A DNA stretch of 64,000 nucleotides, taken from NCBI RefSeq assembly GCF_056712565.1, contig NZ_CM160072.1; one strand, given 5' to 3'. A program made the translations under genes and the position numbers. Positions 34,802 through 44,337 of the stretch are shown here, one piece after another; positions within the stretch are counted from its first letter, which is position 1; each line of letters begins with the position of its first letter. The notes beneath the pieces were generated by a model, which did no database searches, was not told the origin of the DNA, and was given only the letters and a program-made list of their open reading frames with translations.

Positions 34802-35301
34802 GATTCGATGATTTTCAGAAACGGGTTAGTGGCTTTCTTCTGCCCCGCCAGGCCAATCAGACGCTGACGGCTGCTGGGGTCGAGTCCGAGCATTGCCCCC
34901 GTGCTGCTCATCTCGGACTCCTGTTCTTTTTTGGCTGTCAGCTCCGGATTTTTGACCCTGCCGCCCATTGCGCCGGTGATGGTATTGCCCTGTATGGCAA
35001 TATTTTTCACAGCACGTAGCCAGAACTCATAGGCCACGCACCACCGCTCAAGCACCGCGAGGTCAGTCACGCACAGCAGGCCCTGACCGCAGAGTTCTTT
35101 GGTTGTCAGTTGCCACATGATCGTGGCGAGAGGGAGATCTTCTTCAGCGAACCACTCCGGTGGCTCAACACCTTTGATGGGCGTAAAAACAGGTTCATCT
35201 TTGTTCAGGGCTCGCTTGCCGGGGTTTCCGGCCAGCGCCTTGCGCGCCGTTGGCTTGGGGCGACGCCCGGAACGCCCCGCCGTTCCAGCCATATGCGGCA
35301 C
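34798..35301 (-). CDS. Terminase small subunit (P27-like)
   Basis: 167 aa with basic N-terminus, immediately upstream of the large subunit. Confidence 0.7.
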
Positions 35302-35417
35302 TCCTGGTTAAATTTCATTTTTCGCGGGTATAAAAAAACGATGGGGCGGGCAGTCCGGAAGACGTCAGGTCACAGGGATTTGACCCGCCCCTCCCCTCAG
35401 AAAGTTGAGAATTATTA

Positions 35418-35768
35418 TCACTTCAGTCGTTCACGGGCCGTCTTCGCCTTATGACACGGCCAGCACAGGCTCTGCAGATTGCAGTCTGCATCAGTGCCGC
35501 CATGCGCTTTAGGGATGATGTGGTCAACGGTTTTCGCCTCACGCACCACACCGACATGCAGGCACAACTGACACAGGCCTTTGTCACGCTTCAGCACGCG
35601 CGCGCGGATAACATCCCACTTCGAACCGTAGCCGCGCTGGTGACGGGATTGTCCTGGCTTGTATTGTTTCCAGCCTTCGCTTTTGTGGCTTTCACAATAG
35701 CCTGACGGATCAGTGGTGGTTTGGCGGCAGCCGCGAACGCGGCAGGCTTTTGGGGTTCGTGGGGGCAT
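35418..35768 (-). CDS. HNH endonuclease (terminase-associated)
   Basis: 116 aa with CxxC ... DHIIPKAHGG ... N ... CWPCH motifs. Confidence 0.75.
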   Translation of the reverse strand: MPPRTPKACRVRGCRQTTTDPSGYCESHKSEGWKQYKPGQSRHQRGYGSKWDVIRARVLKRDKGLCQLCLHVGVVREAKTVDHIIPKAHGGTDADCNLQSLCWPCHKAKTARERLK

Positions 35769-35870
35769 TTAAAGTGGGATCTAACTCTAATAATTTAAAA
35801 AATTTAATTGGGTCTTGATATTAATCACATAGACTCAATGCTCTTTAGTTCTTACATAGGTGGTTGTATT

Positions 35871-36311
35871 ATGAGTATCCCCAGTTTAGATGTTCATAAA
35901 GTTGTTAAGTGCGCAGAGCATAAAAAGGCTTTAGATGCAATATCTCTCAAACTTAAGAATAACATTATTGACTCAAGCTCTGAATACGATTTTCTTGGCG
36001 ACACAATAATTTTCAATAAAGATAAAAAAAATAGGTTAACCCTCAAACTTTCAACATATGAACTAGAACTTATTTTCAAAGAAACACTGCTAGTCATTGA
36101 TGAAGCTCCTGTATTGAAGTTTGCTGCCATTGACCCAACCGATGAAAATAACAACGAGCTGATTGATTTATTTTTATCCAAAGGTGGATTTATTTATATT
36201 AGAGAATACAAATCCGAGCCACATTATGAGTATGGCGACACTTCTCTATTTTTACATATACTTGACGCTACTCTTAAAGAGCTTAAATCTGCAAACAAAA
36301 TATCCTATTAA
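35871..36311 (+). CDS. Hypothetical protein (AT-rich moron)
   Basis: ORF on the opposite strand to the flanking structural genes; start taken at MSIPSLDVH; strongly AT-rich. Confidence 0.45.
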   Translation: MSIPSLDVHKVVKCAEHKKALDAISLKLKNNIIDSSSEYDFLGDTIIFNKDKKNRLTLKLSTYELELIFKETLLVIDEAPVLKFAAIDPTDENNNELIDLFLSKGGFIYIREYKSEPHYEYGDTSLFLHILDATLKELKSANKISY

Positions 36312-36417
36312 ATAAATTTTTGCTAACATAGCCCCGCGCCATGACAAGATTTTCTGTTCTAGATGCAAGGGCTATGTGTGAATATCTATAAACAAAAACC
36401 CCATCCGGTGATTTTTG

Positions 36418-36669
36418 TCATTTTTTAGCCATCTCAATTGCGGCATCAAAAAGTCGTTCAAGAATAAAATCAGGGTACTGTAATTTTTCTTGCTCGATAT
36501 GAAGCTCATAAATTTTCCCTTCCCACTCCCATTTAAAATTAAATCCAGAAGCAGAAGGTGCGAAATGTGTTTTAGCTTTAGGGTTAGCGTAACCAGCAAC
36601 AGTCAACACATCAAACTTAAAATCTTGAGGTTTAATACGCATAATCATATCCTTTGCCAAGTTCATCAT
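36418..36669 (-). CDS. Small hypothetical protein (moron)
   Basis: 83-aa ORF, AT-rich. Confidence 0.4.
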   Translation of the reverse strand: MMNLAKDMIMRIKPQDFKFDVLTVAGYANPKAKTHFAPSASGFNFKWEWEGKIYELHIEQEKLQYPDFILERLFDAAIEMAKK

Positions 36670-36739
36670 TATTCTTCGCGATTATAAAACAATGAATAAA
36701 ATCATTAAAGCATAGACGTTAAATATCCTCAAAATGTGA

Positions 36740-37177
36740 TTAGTTGGGACATTGCGTCCTGATATACTCCTGCAAGTAATTGACCTGTGAGGTTATCTTG
36801 TCGATTCCACTTCGGAGACGGTAATAATGGAGTTCAGCATCTGCTGTAAGTCTAGGGCTTTCTCCATCGCCCATGCCGCTGGCTCCGGTCGTTGACTTTG
36901 TACAGGTGGCGGCGACTTGCAGGCGCTTATGCCCAGCAGAAACATCAGCACGAAGACTTTCGATAGTCGCATTAGCATCAGCAAGCTCCTTTGTATATCT
37001 GGCATCGAGTTCAGCTACATTACGTTGACGCTTCTGCATATCAGCGATGATGGATGTGGCTTTATCGCGCTGTACTTTGTAGACGATGGCGTCATCACGG
37101 TAATTATCAACAGCCCATGACAAGCAGACGATGATGCAGATAACCAGAGCGGATATAATCACCGTTACTCTGCTCAT
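36740..37177 (-). CDS. i-spanin Rz
   Basis: [23 protein letters not shown]... closely resembles lambda Rz. Confidence 0.8.
   Translation of the reverse strand: MSRVTVIISALVICIIVCLSWAVDNYRDDAIVYKVQRDKATSIIADMQKRQRNVAELDARYTKELADANATIESLRADVSAGHKRLQVAATCTKSTTGASGMGDGESPRLTADAELHYYRLRSGIDKITSQVNYLQEYIRTQCPN
36793..36981 (-). CDS. o-spanin Rz1 (lipoprotein embedded in Rz in another frame)
   Basis: [20 protein letters not shown] lipobox followed by Pro-rich sequence. Confidence 0.65.
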   Translation of the reverse strand: MMLMRLSKVFVLMFLLGISACKSPPPVQSQRPEPAAWAMEKALDLQQMLNSIITVSEVESTR

Positions 37178-37650
37178 ACCTGAATCTCTTTGACCGTTCC
37201 GCCGGCTTCTTTGAATTTTGCAATCAGGCTGTCAGCCTTATGCTCAAACTGACCATAACCAGCTCCCGGCAGTGAAGCCCAGATATTGCTGCAACGGTCG
37301 ATAGCCTGACGAATATCACCGCGATCAATCATCGGTAAAGCACCACGCTCTTTAATCTGCTGCAGTGCAACAGCATCCTGGCTTTTTGGAGAGAAGTCTT
37401 TCAGTCCAAGCTGTTTACGGTATGCATCCCACCAGCGGGAAAGAAGCTGGTAGCGCCCGGCAGCCGTTGATTTGAGTTTTGGGTTTAGCGTGACAAGTCT
37501 GCGAGGGTGATCGGAGTAATCAGTGAATATTTCTCCGCCCACAATGACGTCATAACCATGATTACGTGTCGGTTGTAGCCCATTATCCGTTCCTTCTGAC
37601 CAGGCCACCATATCGAGGAAAGCTTTACGCTGAGGATTAAGATTTTGCAT
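37174..37650 (-). CDS. Endolysin, lambda R-like lytic transglycosylase
   Basis: [18 protein letters not shown]...[10 protein letters not shown]...[18 protein letters not shown]... near-identical to lambda R as recalled. Confidence 0.9.
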   Translation of the reverse strand: MQNLNPQRKAFLDMVAWSEGTDNGLQPTRNHGYDVIVGGEIFTDYSDHPRRLVTLNPKLKSTAAGRYQLLSRWWDAYRKQLGLKDFSPKSQDAVALQQIKERGALPMIDRGDIRQAIDRCSNIWASLPGAGYGQFEHKADSLIAKFKEAGGTVKEIQV

Positions 37651-38041
37651 TTTTCACCCCTGTCAGTCGTTCCCAGAAGTACGTCAGTGCAACCGAACCC
37701 ATCGCACCACTAATCCCCGCAGTTGCGAGAATCATGTAAATACTGAATCCACTTTCGATACTGATTAGGCCACCAATAACACCGGTGAATCCTGATACAA
37801 CTATCTGAGCGAGGGCATTTATCCAGCTCCACGTTGCTTTACTCTGCTTCACATCAATCAGGTAACGGACAAGCCCCCCCCAACCTGCGATGATCAGCAA
37901 AACAAGCCAGAACGCTCCGGCAAGATTCTCTTTTTCGTGCATATGAATAGCCGCAGTTTCGCCTCCGACAGAAAATCGGAGCGTGAAATGATATGTTGAT
38001 TTATTATTAATTCGAAAATTACATTCTAATTCATCAGGCAT
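37637..38041 (-). CDS. Holin (3 predicted TM segments); true start may be internal
   Basis: Three hydrophobic helices, immediately upstream of the endolysin. Confidence 0.6.
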   Translation of the reverse strand: MPDELECNFRINNKSTYHFTLRFSVGGETAAIHMHEKENLAGAFWLVLLIIAGWGGLVRYLIDVKQSKATWSWINALAQIVVSGFTGVIGGLISIESGFSIYMILATAGISGAMGSVALTYFWERLTGVKNAKS

Positions 38042-38093
38042 TGATGATTTTATAATAATAAAGGCCGTTCGTTACGGCCTTTATTATTGATAT

Positions 38094-38429
38094 TTATTTT
38101 ACATCCCAAGGTAGTTCCTCAAGAGAGAAGACTAATTCATTATCAATAATTTCGTATTCTGCATAACCTTCAACCTCTCCTGAGAAGTTATTGTCAACGC
38201 ATCCTTCATAATAGCTATATGGTGCTATAAAGTGAAACCCATATTCATCTATCTCTGTGATTTCAAAATTGTAGTAATCGTAAGAATATCGAATATCATC
38301 ATCAGAAATAGAACTAAGTACATAGTTATTAAATTTATCGGAATGCTTAACGATAAGTTCTGACAACGCGTCAAGATTCTCTGGAGAGATATTTCCTAAC
38401 GGTAATCTGTACTCAACGGCATTAATCAT
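38094..38429 (-). CDS. Highly acidic, Tyr-rich hypothetical protein (111 aa), first gene of the late transcript
   Basis: About 24 Asp/Glu versus 5 Lys/Arg; lies between the tR'-like terminator and the holin. Confidence 0.45.
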   Translation of the reverse strand: MINAVEYRLPLGNISPENLDALSELIVKHSDKFNNYVLSSISDDDIRYSYDYYNFEITEIDEYGFHFIAPYSYYEGCVDNNFSGEVEGYAEYEIIDNELVFSLEELPWDVK

Positions 38430-38481
38430 ACAACCTCCTTTTTAACTGATATGAGGTTATATAATGTGTTTCAGTACAAGT

Positions 38482-38508
38482 AAATAAAAACCCGCTCAAC
38501 AGCGGGTT
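38482..38508 (-). terminator. tR'-like rho-independent terminator downstream of the late promoter
   Basis: Minus strand reads aacccgctgttgagcgggtt followed by TTTTTATTT. Confidence 0.5.
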
Positions 38509-38554
38509 CGTGAAAATTATCAACGGCAGACATACAAAGCCCATCGTTGAGAAA

Positions 38555-38583
38555 ATCTTATCCATATTTTTTGAAAAATGCAA
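38555..38583 (-). promoter_or_regulatory. Candidate late promoter (pR'-like) downstream of Q
   Basis: Minus strand TTGCAT-N17-TAAGAT about 30 bp after the Q stop and ~45 nt before the terminator. Confidence 0.35.
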
Positions 38584-38614
38584 GCTTCATGTCACTATCT
38601 TCGGCGAAAATCAC

Positions 38615-39367
38615 TTATCTCGTCACCTTTCTCAATTGTGTTTCAGCATATGCTTCTTCCTGCCAGCACTTTGTTACTAGTTTATCAATTACGTCTGCAT
38701 ATCCTTTGTACCACTGATAATCAGTCAGGTCTGGAACCAGCTTCTGGACATGACGTCGTGCCAGTGTAGTCGGTAAACGGCTAAACCGGTTTCCATTGCA
38801 ACGCCCACAAGTCTTATAAACAGGCGTGCCATGAAGCCGGGTTCTTTTTTCATCCAGGACAATACCTTTACCCTTACACCCTCTGCACGCCGTGCTGACT
38901 TCTCCCTTGCCATGACAATGCTGACACAGTTCCTTCACCCACTCTTCTTTGATAACGGATTCCCCGCTTCTGGAATGTTTCACCACTTCGCGCAATACAT
39001 TATGAAATCCAGTACCAGTACAATGCTCACAGCGAGCCTTACTTGCCGCAGACCTGGAATAATCAGCAAAGGCAAAATTCACAAGGTAAGGGATGATCTG
39101 TAACCGGGTTTCTTCACTCAATTTGTTCAATGTCGGGTTATCCAGTGCCATCGCGTAATTGAGCAGGCCTTCAATCGCAAACTGAGGATCCTGAACACCA
39201 ACTTTTGCCAGGAATAAGGCAAACCCAAGCGGTGCTTTCGACTGCACCATCCCCTGCGCAGCCATTACATCCGTAATTGTTAAACCACCCGAGCCTGTCG
39301 CCGATGCGTCATCGCTCAATTTTGGAGATTTTGGGGAGTAATATTTCGGTAAGGCTTCAAGGTTCAT
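38615..39367 (-). CDS. Antitermination protein Q (multi-CxxC, phage 21/82-type)
   Basis: Start at MNLEALPKYY; C-terminal CEHCTGTG...CQHCHGKG...CRGCKGKG...CGRCNG zinc-binding motifs; position before the lysis genes. Confidence 0.65.
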   Translation of the reverse strand: MNLEALPKYYSPKSPKLSDDASATGSGGLTITDVMAAQGMVQSKAPLGFALFLAKVGVQDPQFAIEGLLNYAMALDNPTLNKLSEETRLQIIPYLVNFAFADYSRSAASKARCEHCTGTGFHNVLREVVKHSRSGESVIKEEWVKELCQHCHGKGEVSTACRGCKGKGIVLDEKRTRLHGTPVYKTCGRCNGNRFSRLPTTLARRHVQKLVPDLTDYQWYKGYADVIDKLVTKCWQEEAYAETQLRKVTR

Positions 39368-39380
39368 GCTCGTTCTCCAC

Positions 39381-40376
39381 TTACACCAGTACGCCAATTG
39401 CCAGCGCACGATCGATAAAACGAAATATCAGCTCCAGCTGGGAGCCATACATCTCTTCAAATGCCACGGTATCCGCATGCAGCTCGTCGTGATGCTTTCT
39501 GCACAAAGGCAACACAAAAAGGTCATGCGCTTTTGTACCCATTCCACCCTGTCCGTGGCCTATCAGGTGGTGGGGATCATCAGCGGGCTTTCCACAACAT
39601 GCACACGACTGTGTCTTAACCCAGCGCGTGTACTTTTCATTAACCCAGCGGCGACGTTTTGGGCGTAACATAAAAGACTCCGGCGACTCCGGATCCACTT
39701 TCAGCGCCAGCACCTTTTTCGCCTTATCCTGGATGATGCTGGTGGCAGGAACCGAAGGCACAAGGTCACTTTCCCGGGTGACAGACGGCACAACAGGCTT
39801 CGGTAATCTCAGTGCCTTACGGGCTGCACTTTCCGGTAAGGCATCCGCCAGATCATTACGAACCAGCCACCAGCACAGTTCCGGCATTGTCACAACGTGA
39901 CTGTCATCAAAACCGAGATCCCGACGCACAACAGACAACACCCAGCGGGCACAGTTATCCGTTGCCATTGATTCCAGCCGTTCCGTGAACTGATCGCGAA
40001 GCAGGTTATCGCAGTGCCAGCACAGACGGATTGCGCCCGGCGCGTGTCGCATTGTGGTCATGTTCTCGCTGTGCCATCCGGAATGAGGCCACTGACAGCC
40101 CTTTTCACGAAGTAACCAGCTTTCAAGACATTCCACACCCCCCGCACGACGAATAACTGCCTCATTGCGGAACACGGCCCGAATGGCAGGATCATCCGCC
40201 AGCGGTTGTGATGCCGCCGGAACGGCACCACTGGCAAAAGATGAATAACGTTCCGGCTCAGGCTCCAGCAGGACACGCCCCTGCATAAACAGGGGCATCA
40301 GCTCTGAACCGGGCCTGAACAATACGATCCCCATACGCGGGGCAATTTCAGGGGTCAGTAGTGCTCTCACGGTCAC
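39381..40376 (-). CDS. DUF968-family phage protein
   Basis: 331 aa; C-terminal Cys/His-rich region (CACCGKPADDPHHL...CRKHHDELH); Nin-region position. Confidence 0.55.
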   Translation of the reverse strand: MTVRALLTPEIAPRMGIVLFRPGSELMPLFMQGRVLLEPEPERYSSFASGAVPAASQPLADDPAIRAVFRNEAVIRRAGGVECLESWLLREKGCQWPHSGWHSENMTTMRHAPGAIRLCWHCDNLLRDQFTERLESMATDNCARWVLSVVRRDLGFDDSHVVTMPELCWWLVRNDLADALPESAARKALRLPKPVVPSVTRESDLVPSVPATSIIQDKAKKVLALKVDPESPESFMLRPKRRRWVNEKYTRWVKTQSCACCGKPADDPHHLIGHGQGGMGTKAHDLFVLPLCRKHHDELHADTVAFEEMYGSQLELIFRFIDRALAIGVLV

Positions 40377-40377
40377 C

Positions 40378-41175
40378 TCAATGAACGGTATCGAGCAGCT
40401 TTAACAGCTCAGGGAATCGGGATTCGAAGAAATGCGGCTGCGTCTCGCGCGGATTTGCAGGACTGGTGATGTTCTTGCCGAACATGCAGCCTTTCGCCGT
40501 CAGCGACCAGAATTTTTTGATGTTGTTAATCGCTGTACGGCTGTATCGTTCGCGCTGTTCGACGATCCCCAGCTTCGCCATCTGGTGATATGCCTGATTA
40601 GCCGTAAGGCGGATACCATACTGTTTCAGCAGTGCACTCAGCGACAGTGTCGGGCGACTTGAGCCATCAGGCGCGTCAGCAGGAGCATCAATGGCATAGC
40701 GCGGTGCCAGATTCGGTAAGCCAACAGCCTCCTGAAGCTTCTGACAGGCTCCAAGCACTGATGAGTTAGACAGGTTTAATTCCCGGCGCATAAAGTCCAG
40801 CAGGATCACGCCAGCCTGCATCTTGTCAGCAGCCTGCCCGGATAATTTTTCCGGTGTGCTGGTTACCATATCGAAAGTACGGATCACCTTCAGATGGAAT
40901 GACGGGCTTATCCACATTGCATAGGCATACACCAGTTCTTTGCAGACATACGTCCCCTGGTTATTTCCGCCACGAATAACGTTAACTGGCTCTATATTGA
41001 CCGAGTTGCAAATCTGCAACTCGCTTATTAAACGTTCAGTTTGCTCATTGCGGAGCCAGAATGCAGGCTTATGCTTATCCAGAGAACCGGCAGCCCTGTG
41101 CAGATCGTTCAGGCTGTAACGCCCATAAGCATCACGACGAACTTCAATACCATCAATAACCATCAGATTATTCAT
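40378..41175 (-). CDS. KilA-N domain protein
   Basis: N-terminus MVIDGIEVRRDAYGRYSLNDLHRAAG resembles KilA-N DNA-binding domain. Confidence 0.6.
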   Translation of the reverse strand: MNNLMVIDGIEVRRDAYGRYSLNDLHRAAGSLDKHKPAFWLRNEQTERLISELQICNSVNIEPVNVIRGGNNQGTYVCKELVYAYAMWISPSFHLKVIRTFDMVTSTPEKLSGQAADKMQAGVILLDFMRRELNLSNSSVLGACQKLQEAVGLPNLAPRYAIDAPADAPDGSSRPTLSLSALLKQYGIRLTANQAYHQMAKLGIVEQRERYSRTAINNIKKFWSLTAKGCMFGKNITSPANPRETQPHFFESRFPELLKLLDTVH

Positions 41176-41194
41176 ACTTCGTTTCTCCTCTTAA

Positions 41195-41584
41195 TCAGGC
41201 AGCTGCACCCGCCGTTTTCTCGTACTTACTGATAGTGATCTCGACCTTCCCTTCCGGGATAACCGGTCCCCACTCCACCAGCATTCTTTTCACCTGACTG
41301 TCGTCTTCCCACACACCCGCGTGGGTCAGGGCGTCAAACAGCGCCTTGTTATAGTTGTCCAGATCGCGGATCCGGTTATCCGGAGGAAACAACACGATCT
41401 CCACTGAAGCAGGTGCCGACGTTGGTTTTGGCAGACGACGTAACTGCTCAACTATTGCTGCACACGCCGCGCTCTGGAATTTGCGCCCCGCCGCGCTTAT
41501 CAGGCTCTTACCAGCAAACGCCCCTTTGTTGGGGTGTCGCCAGTACGTGTTCACGCTGGGCGGAAACGGCAGAATCAGCTTCAT
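41195..41584 (-). CDS. rusA: Holliday junction resolvase RusA
   Basis: 129 aa with LPFPPSVNTYWRH and DLDNYNKALFDALT motifs. Confidence 0.8.
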   Translation of the reverse strand: MKLILPFPPSVNTYWRHPNKGAFAGKSLISAAGRKFQSAACAAIVEQLRRLPKPTSAPASVEIVLFPPDNRIRDLDNYNKALFDALTHAGVWEDDSQVKRMLVEWGPVIPEGKVEITISKYEKTAGAAA

Positions 41585-41907
41585 ACTTTCAGGCCCCTCT
41601 CATGTAACCAGTGGGCTGCACGCAGCCTGGCGTTTTCCTTACCGGCAAGCAGTGAGCGGATAATCCCGACCGCCTCGCTGTCGTCGTCCTTCACCGCGGT
41701 ATGAAGAGTGATACCCCGGGCCACGCCACGCTTTATCGTGATGACGCCTTTTTTCTCCAGTGCTCGAAGATGCTCCACCGCTGCATTCACTGAACGGTAT
41801 CCCAGCATGGTTGCCACCTCCTGATTGGTTGGCGGGAAGCCACGTTCTTTCTGATAAGAAATCAGCATATCCAGCACCTGCTGCTGGCATTGAGTTAACG
41901 TCGTCAT
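41581..41907 (-). CDS. LexA-like DNA-binding domain protein
   Basis: 108 aa; LTQCQQQVLDMLISYQKERGFPPTNQEVATMLGYRSVNAAVEHLRALEKKGVI resembles the LexA N-terminal winged helix. Confidence 0.5.
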   Translation of the reverse strand: MTTLTQCQQQVLDMLISYQKERGFPPTNQEVATMLGYRSVNAAVEHLRALEKKGVITIKRGVARGITLHTAVKDDDSEAVGIIRSLLAGKENARLRAAHWLHERGLKV

Positions 41908-42557
41908 GCCGCCATCTCCCTGAGCAGTTTTTCCGCCTGCTGGCGAACCTGCGCCAGAAACGCCTCACCACATGCCTCAAGTTCATCGCGCCCGATGTAG
42001 CTGATTGCCGGTCCCTTCCAGGTCTTGTCAAAAACAGCAATAGCACCAGCGAAGAAAGCTCCTGTCGGCACCTGCTTCTCGTCTTTCGGGATAAACCAGA
42101 CAGGCAGTTCAAAACCAATACGCCCGCGAATAAAAGCAATATGATCTGCATCTTCCGGCCACCACACTTCGCTGGTGGCAGCTTTGATCAGGAAAACATA
42201 GCGCCCGCCTTTATCACGCATGGCACTGGCATGCTTCATGATGTAACGCATGCCGGTGATGTATTGCCCCTCATGCTGACTGGCGCGGCTGTATGGGGGA
42301 TTACCAAAGGCAGCACCTTTAAGCTCCGCAAGACGTTCTGACCAGTCATGCGCCAGCGCATTGTCTTCCGCCGTGTAATACGCGGCACATTTGGCGTTAC
42401 CACCGTCGGTGAACAGATCCAGAACAAACGGGCCAAACAGGGTGTTAATTCCCCAGAAAATGTTGTCCGGCGTGCGCCACTGATCGCCCACTTCCTTCAG
42501 TTCATGGGCTGGTTTGTTCCGCAGCTCCACCAGCACCTGGCAATATTTATTACTCAT
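41904..42557 (-). CDS. Phage N-6-adenine DNA methyltransferase (Dam-like)
   Basis: Start at MSNKYCQ; contains NPPY catalytic motif (GNPPYSRAS). Confidence 0.7.
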   Translation of the reverse strand: MSNKYCQVLVELRNKPAHELKEVGDQWRTPDNIFWGINTLFGPFVLDLFTDGGNAKCAAYYTAEDNALAHDWSERLAELKGAAFGNPPYSRASQHEGQYITGMRYIMKHASAMRDKGGRYVFLIKAATSEVWWPEDADHIAFIRGRIGFELPVWFIPKDEKQVPTGAFFAGAIAVFDKTWKGPAISYIGRDELEACGEAFLAQVRQQAEKLLREMAA

Positions 42558-43051
42558 TAAGCCCCCACGTAATTCCCTGACAGATACCACTCTTCACCCG
42601 ATGCAGCGCGCTTGCTGCTTTTCCGTAAGCACCGCTCACGACGCGCCAGAAAATTGTTTCGTTCTGGCTGGGAGTGGCTTTCACGGAATGCCGCCATCCA
42701 CACGGTTGCAGCACGACGGTATAAACCCCTGGACTCCAGTTCTTCAGCCTGGCGGGTCAGGCACAAAATCACCCGTGGATCGTTAGTGCCGACATAGAAA
42801 TTGCGCACAGGTCTGGTTTCTCGAACTGGTTGTGGTTCCGGTTCCTGCGCTCTCTCAGTCAGGCGCGGGAAATGTCTGCGTGTATCTCCTTCACAACGGT
42901 GAGCCACACGCCCACTCTGACGTAACTTGCTTGCTGACTGCAGAACGCGCTGTCGTGAGTAACCTGCAAAAGCATCCGCAATGTCACCGGAAGTACACCC
43001 CGGATGGGCTTCAATGAATTTCTGAACGTCATTTAACAGACTCATGATCAC
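42557..43051 (-). CDS. Putative PerC/ANR-like transcriptional regulator
   Basis: 164 aa; AEELESRGLYRRAATVWMAAF resembles the PerC-family signature as recalled; uncertain. Confidence 0.4.
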   Translation of the reverse strand: MIMSLLNDVQKFIEAHPGCTSGDIADAFAGYSRQRVLQSASKLRQSGRVAHRCEGDTRRHFPRLTERAQEPEPQPVRETRPVRNFYVGTNDPRVILCLTRQAEELESRGLYRRAATVWMAAFRESHSQPERNNFLARRERCLRKSSKRAASGEEWYLSGNYVGA

Positions 43052-43989
43052 CCCCTGAATCCTGCCGGGATCTGGCTGTAGTCCACGTTGTCGTAACTGG
43101 CTTTGAAGTACGGGTCCTCGCGTTTTTCGGTGTACGTACTTACGGACGGCGATAAGCGCAGGGAAAGCTCATCCCATTTTTCCCGCAGCTTCGACGGGCT
43201 GAGCACGTTACGGCACCAGAACGGATCGCGGCTGACGCGGCTGTACATCTCGCAGATTTGTTTGTGAGTACGACCATCCTGCACACACATCAGGCGAATT
43301 TCGTTTGCCCAGGCTGTCCAGTTCGGTTCTTTGGGACGAACCACCTCGCCGTCACATTCGGCAGCCTGCTCGTACAGGGCGATGATTTTTTTCCAGAGCC
43401 ACTGTGCGCAGGTCAAATCATCCTGCGTTCCCCACTGGCGCTTTTTAGGGCTGAATACAACAGCATCAGGATGGCGAGTTAAAAACTCCTGTTCAGCCGT
43501 CTGCGTGTCCGGTTGCGAAGCGTCCGGACGAGAAGTTTTTTTATCTGACGGATCATGTTTTGATTTTACTGACGGATCCCCGCCAGATTCTGACGGGTGA
43601 AAACCCGCTTTTTTGCCAGATTTCGACGCATCAAATTTTGACGGGGCAGATTTTGATGCGTCAGATTTTGACGGGTCAGAATCTGACAGTTGAGAAAATG
43701 CCGCTGCCTGAAGCTTCGCAACGTTAAGCTGATAAACATTCGACGCATTGCGGTTACCCTGGCGACGCGCCTTACGCGTTAACCAGCCTTCTGCTTCCAG
43801 CCGTGCGATAGCCGTTCTGACGGTACTCATCCCCGCGCCAATCTGGCGGGCAATGGTTTCAATTGATGGCCAGCACACACCTTCGTCATTACTGAAATCA
43901 GCCAGGCGGGCCATAATTGCCACGCTGGATAACTTCATGCCTGACGCAGCGCAACCATCCCATACATAGCCGGTTAATTTAGTGCTCAT
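43048..43989 (-). CDS. Replication initiation protein (O-like; N-terminal HTH, internal iteron-encoded repeat region)
   Basis: 313 aa; N-terminal winged-helix-like region; middle low-complexity SKSDASKSAPSKFDASKSGKK encoded by tandem DNA repeats. Confidence 0.6.
   Translation of the reverse strand: MSTKLTGYVWDGCAASGMKLSSVAIMARLADFSNDEGVCWPSIETIARQIGAGMSTVRTAIARLEAEGWLTRKARRQGNRNASNVYQLNVAKLQAAAFSQLSDSDPSKSDASKSAPSKFDASKSGKKAGFHPSESGGDPSVKSKHDPSDKKTSRPDASQPDTQTAEQEFLTRHPDAVVFSPKKRQWGTQDDLTCAQWLWKKIIALYEQAAECDGEVVRPKEPNWTAWANEIRLMCVQDGRTHKQICEMYSRVSRDPFWCRNVLSPSKLREKWDELSLRLSPSVSTYTEKREDPYFKASYDNVDYSQIPAGFRG
43541..43695. repeat. Iteron-like tandem repeats (~8 copies of ~15 bp, GAtTtTGACGgntCA) inside the replication gene; candidate origin
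   Basis: ttatctgacggatca / gattttactgacgga / gattctgacgggtga / gatttcgacgcatca / aattttgacggggca / gattttgatgcgtca / gattttgacgggtca / gaatctgacagttga. Confidence 0.55.
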
Positions 43990-43998
43990 GACCGACCT

Positions 43999-44337
43999 CT
44001 ATTTCCCTGAATTTACGACGAAACTGTTCGAGCGGACTGAAGCATTCATGCTCATAGCCTTCGCGGAGGTAGATAACCCGTTGTGTTTCCGGTTCCCAAC
44101 GAATGACTCTGACGGGCACTCCGTAGTGATCTTTGAACCAGCGGTTAACTTGTCGCAAAGGACTGTCTCCTTCTGCCGGTTGAAATCACCCACAGCCCAC
44201 TCAGCAAAGCTGTGGGTTACAATTTCCCTGTCACCTGGTACATTTACTGCATAGCAATACTCCACCTTCGCTTTTCCACCCGGTACAGGAAGCGCAATCA
44301 GTTGCGAGCGACGGTAGTGTGTTGTTAAACTGTTCAT
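43999..44337 (-). CDS. Hypothetical early protein
   Basis: 112-aa ORF whose ATG overlaps the upstream stop (ATGA), filling the gap before the replication gene. Confidence 0.4.
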   Translation of the reverse strand: MNSLTTHYRRSQLIALPVPGGKAKVEYCYAVNVPGDREIVTHSFAEWAVGDFNRQKETVLCDKLTAGSKITTECPSESFVGNRKHNGLSTSAKAMSMNASVRSNSFVVNSGK

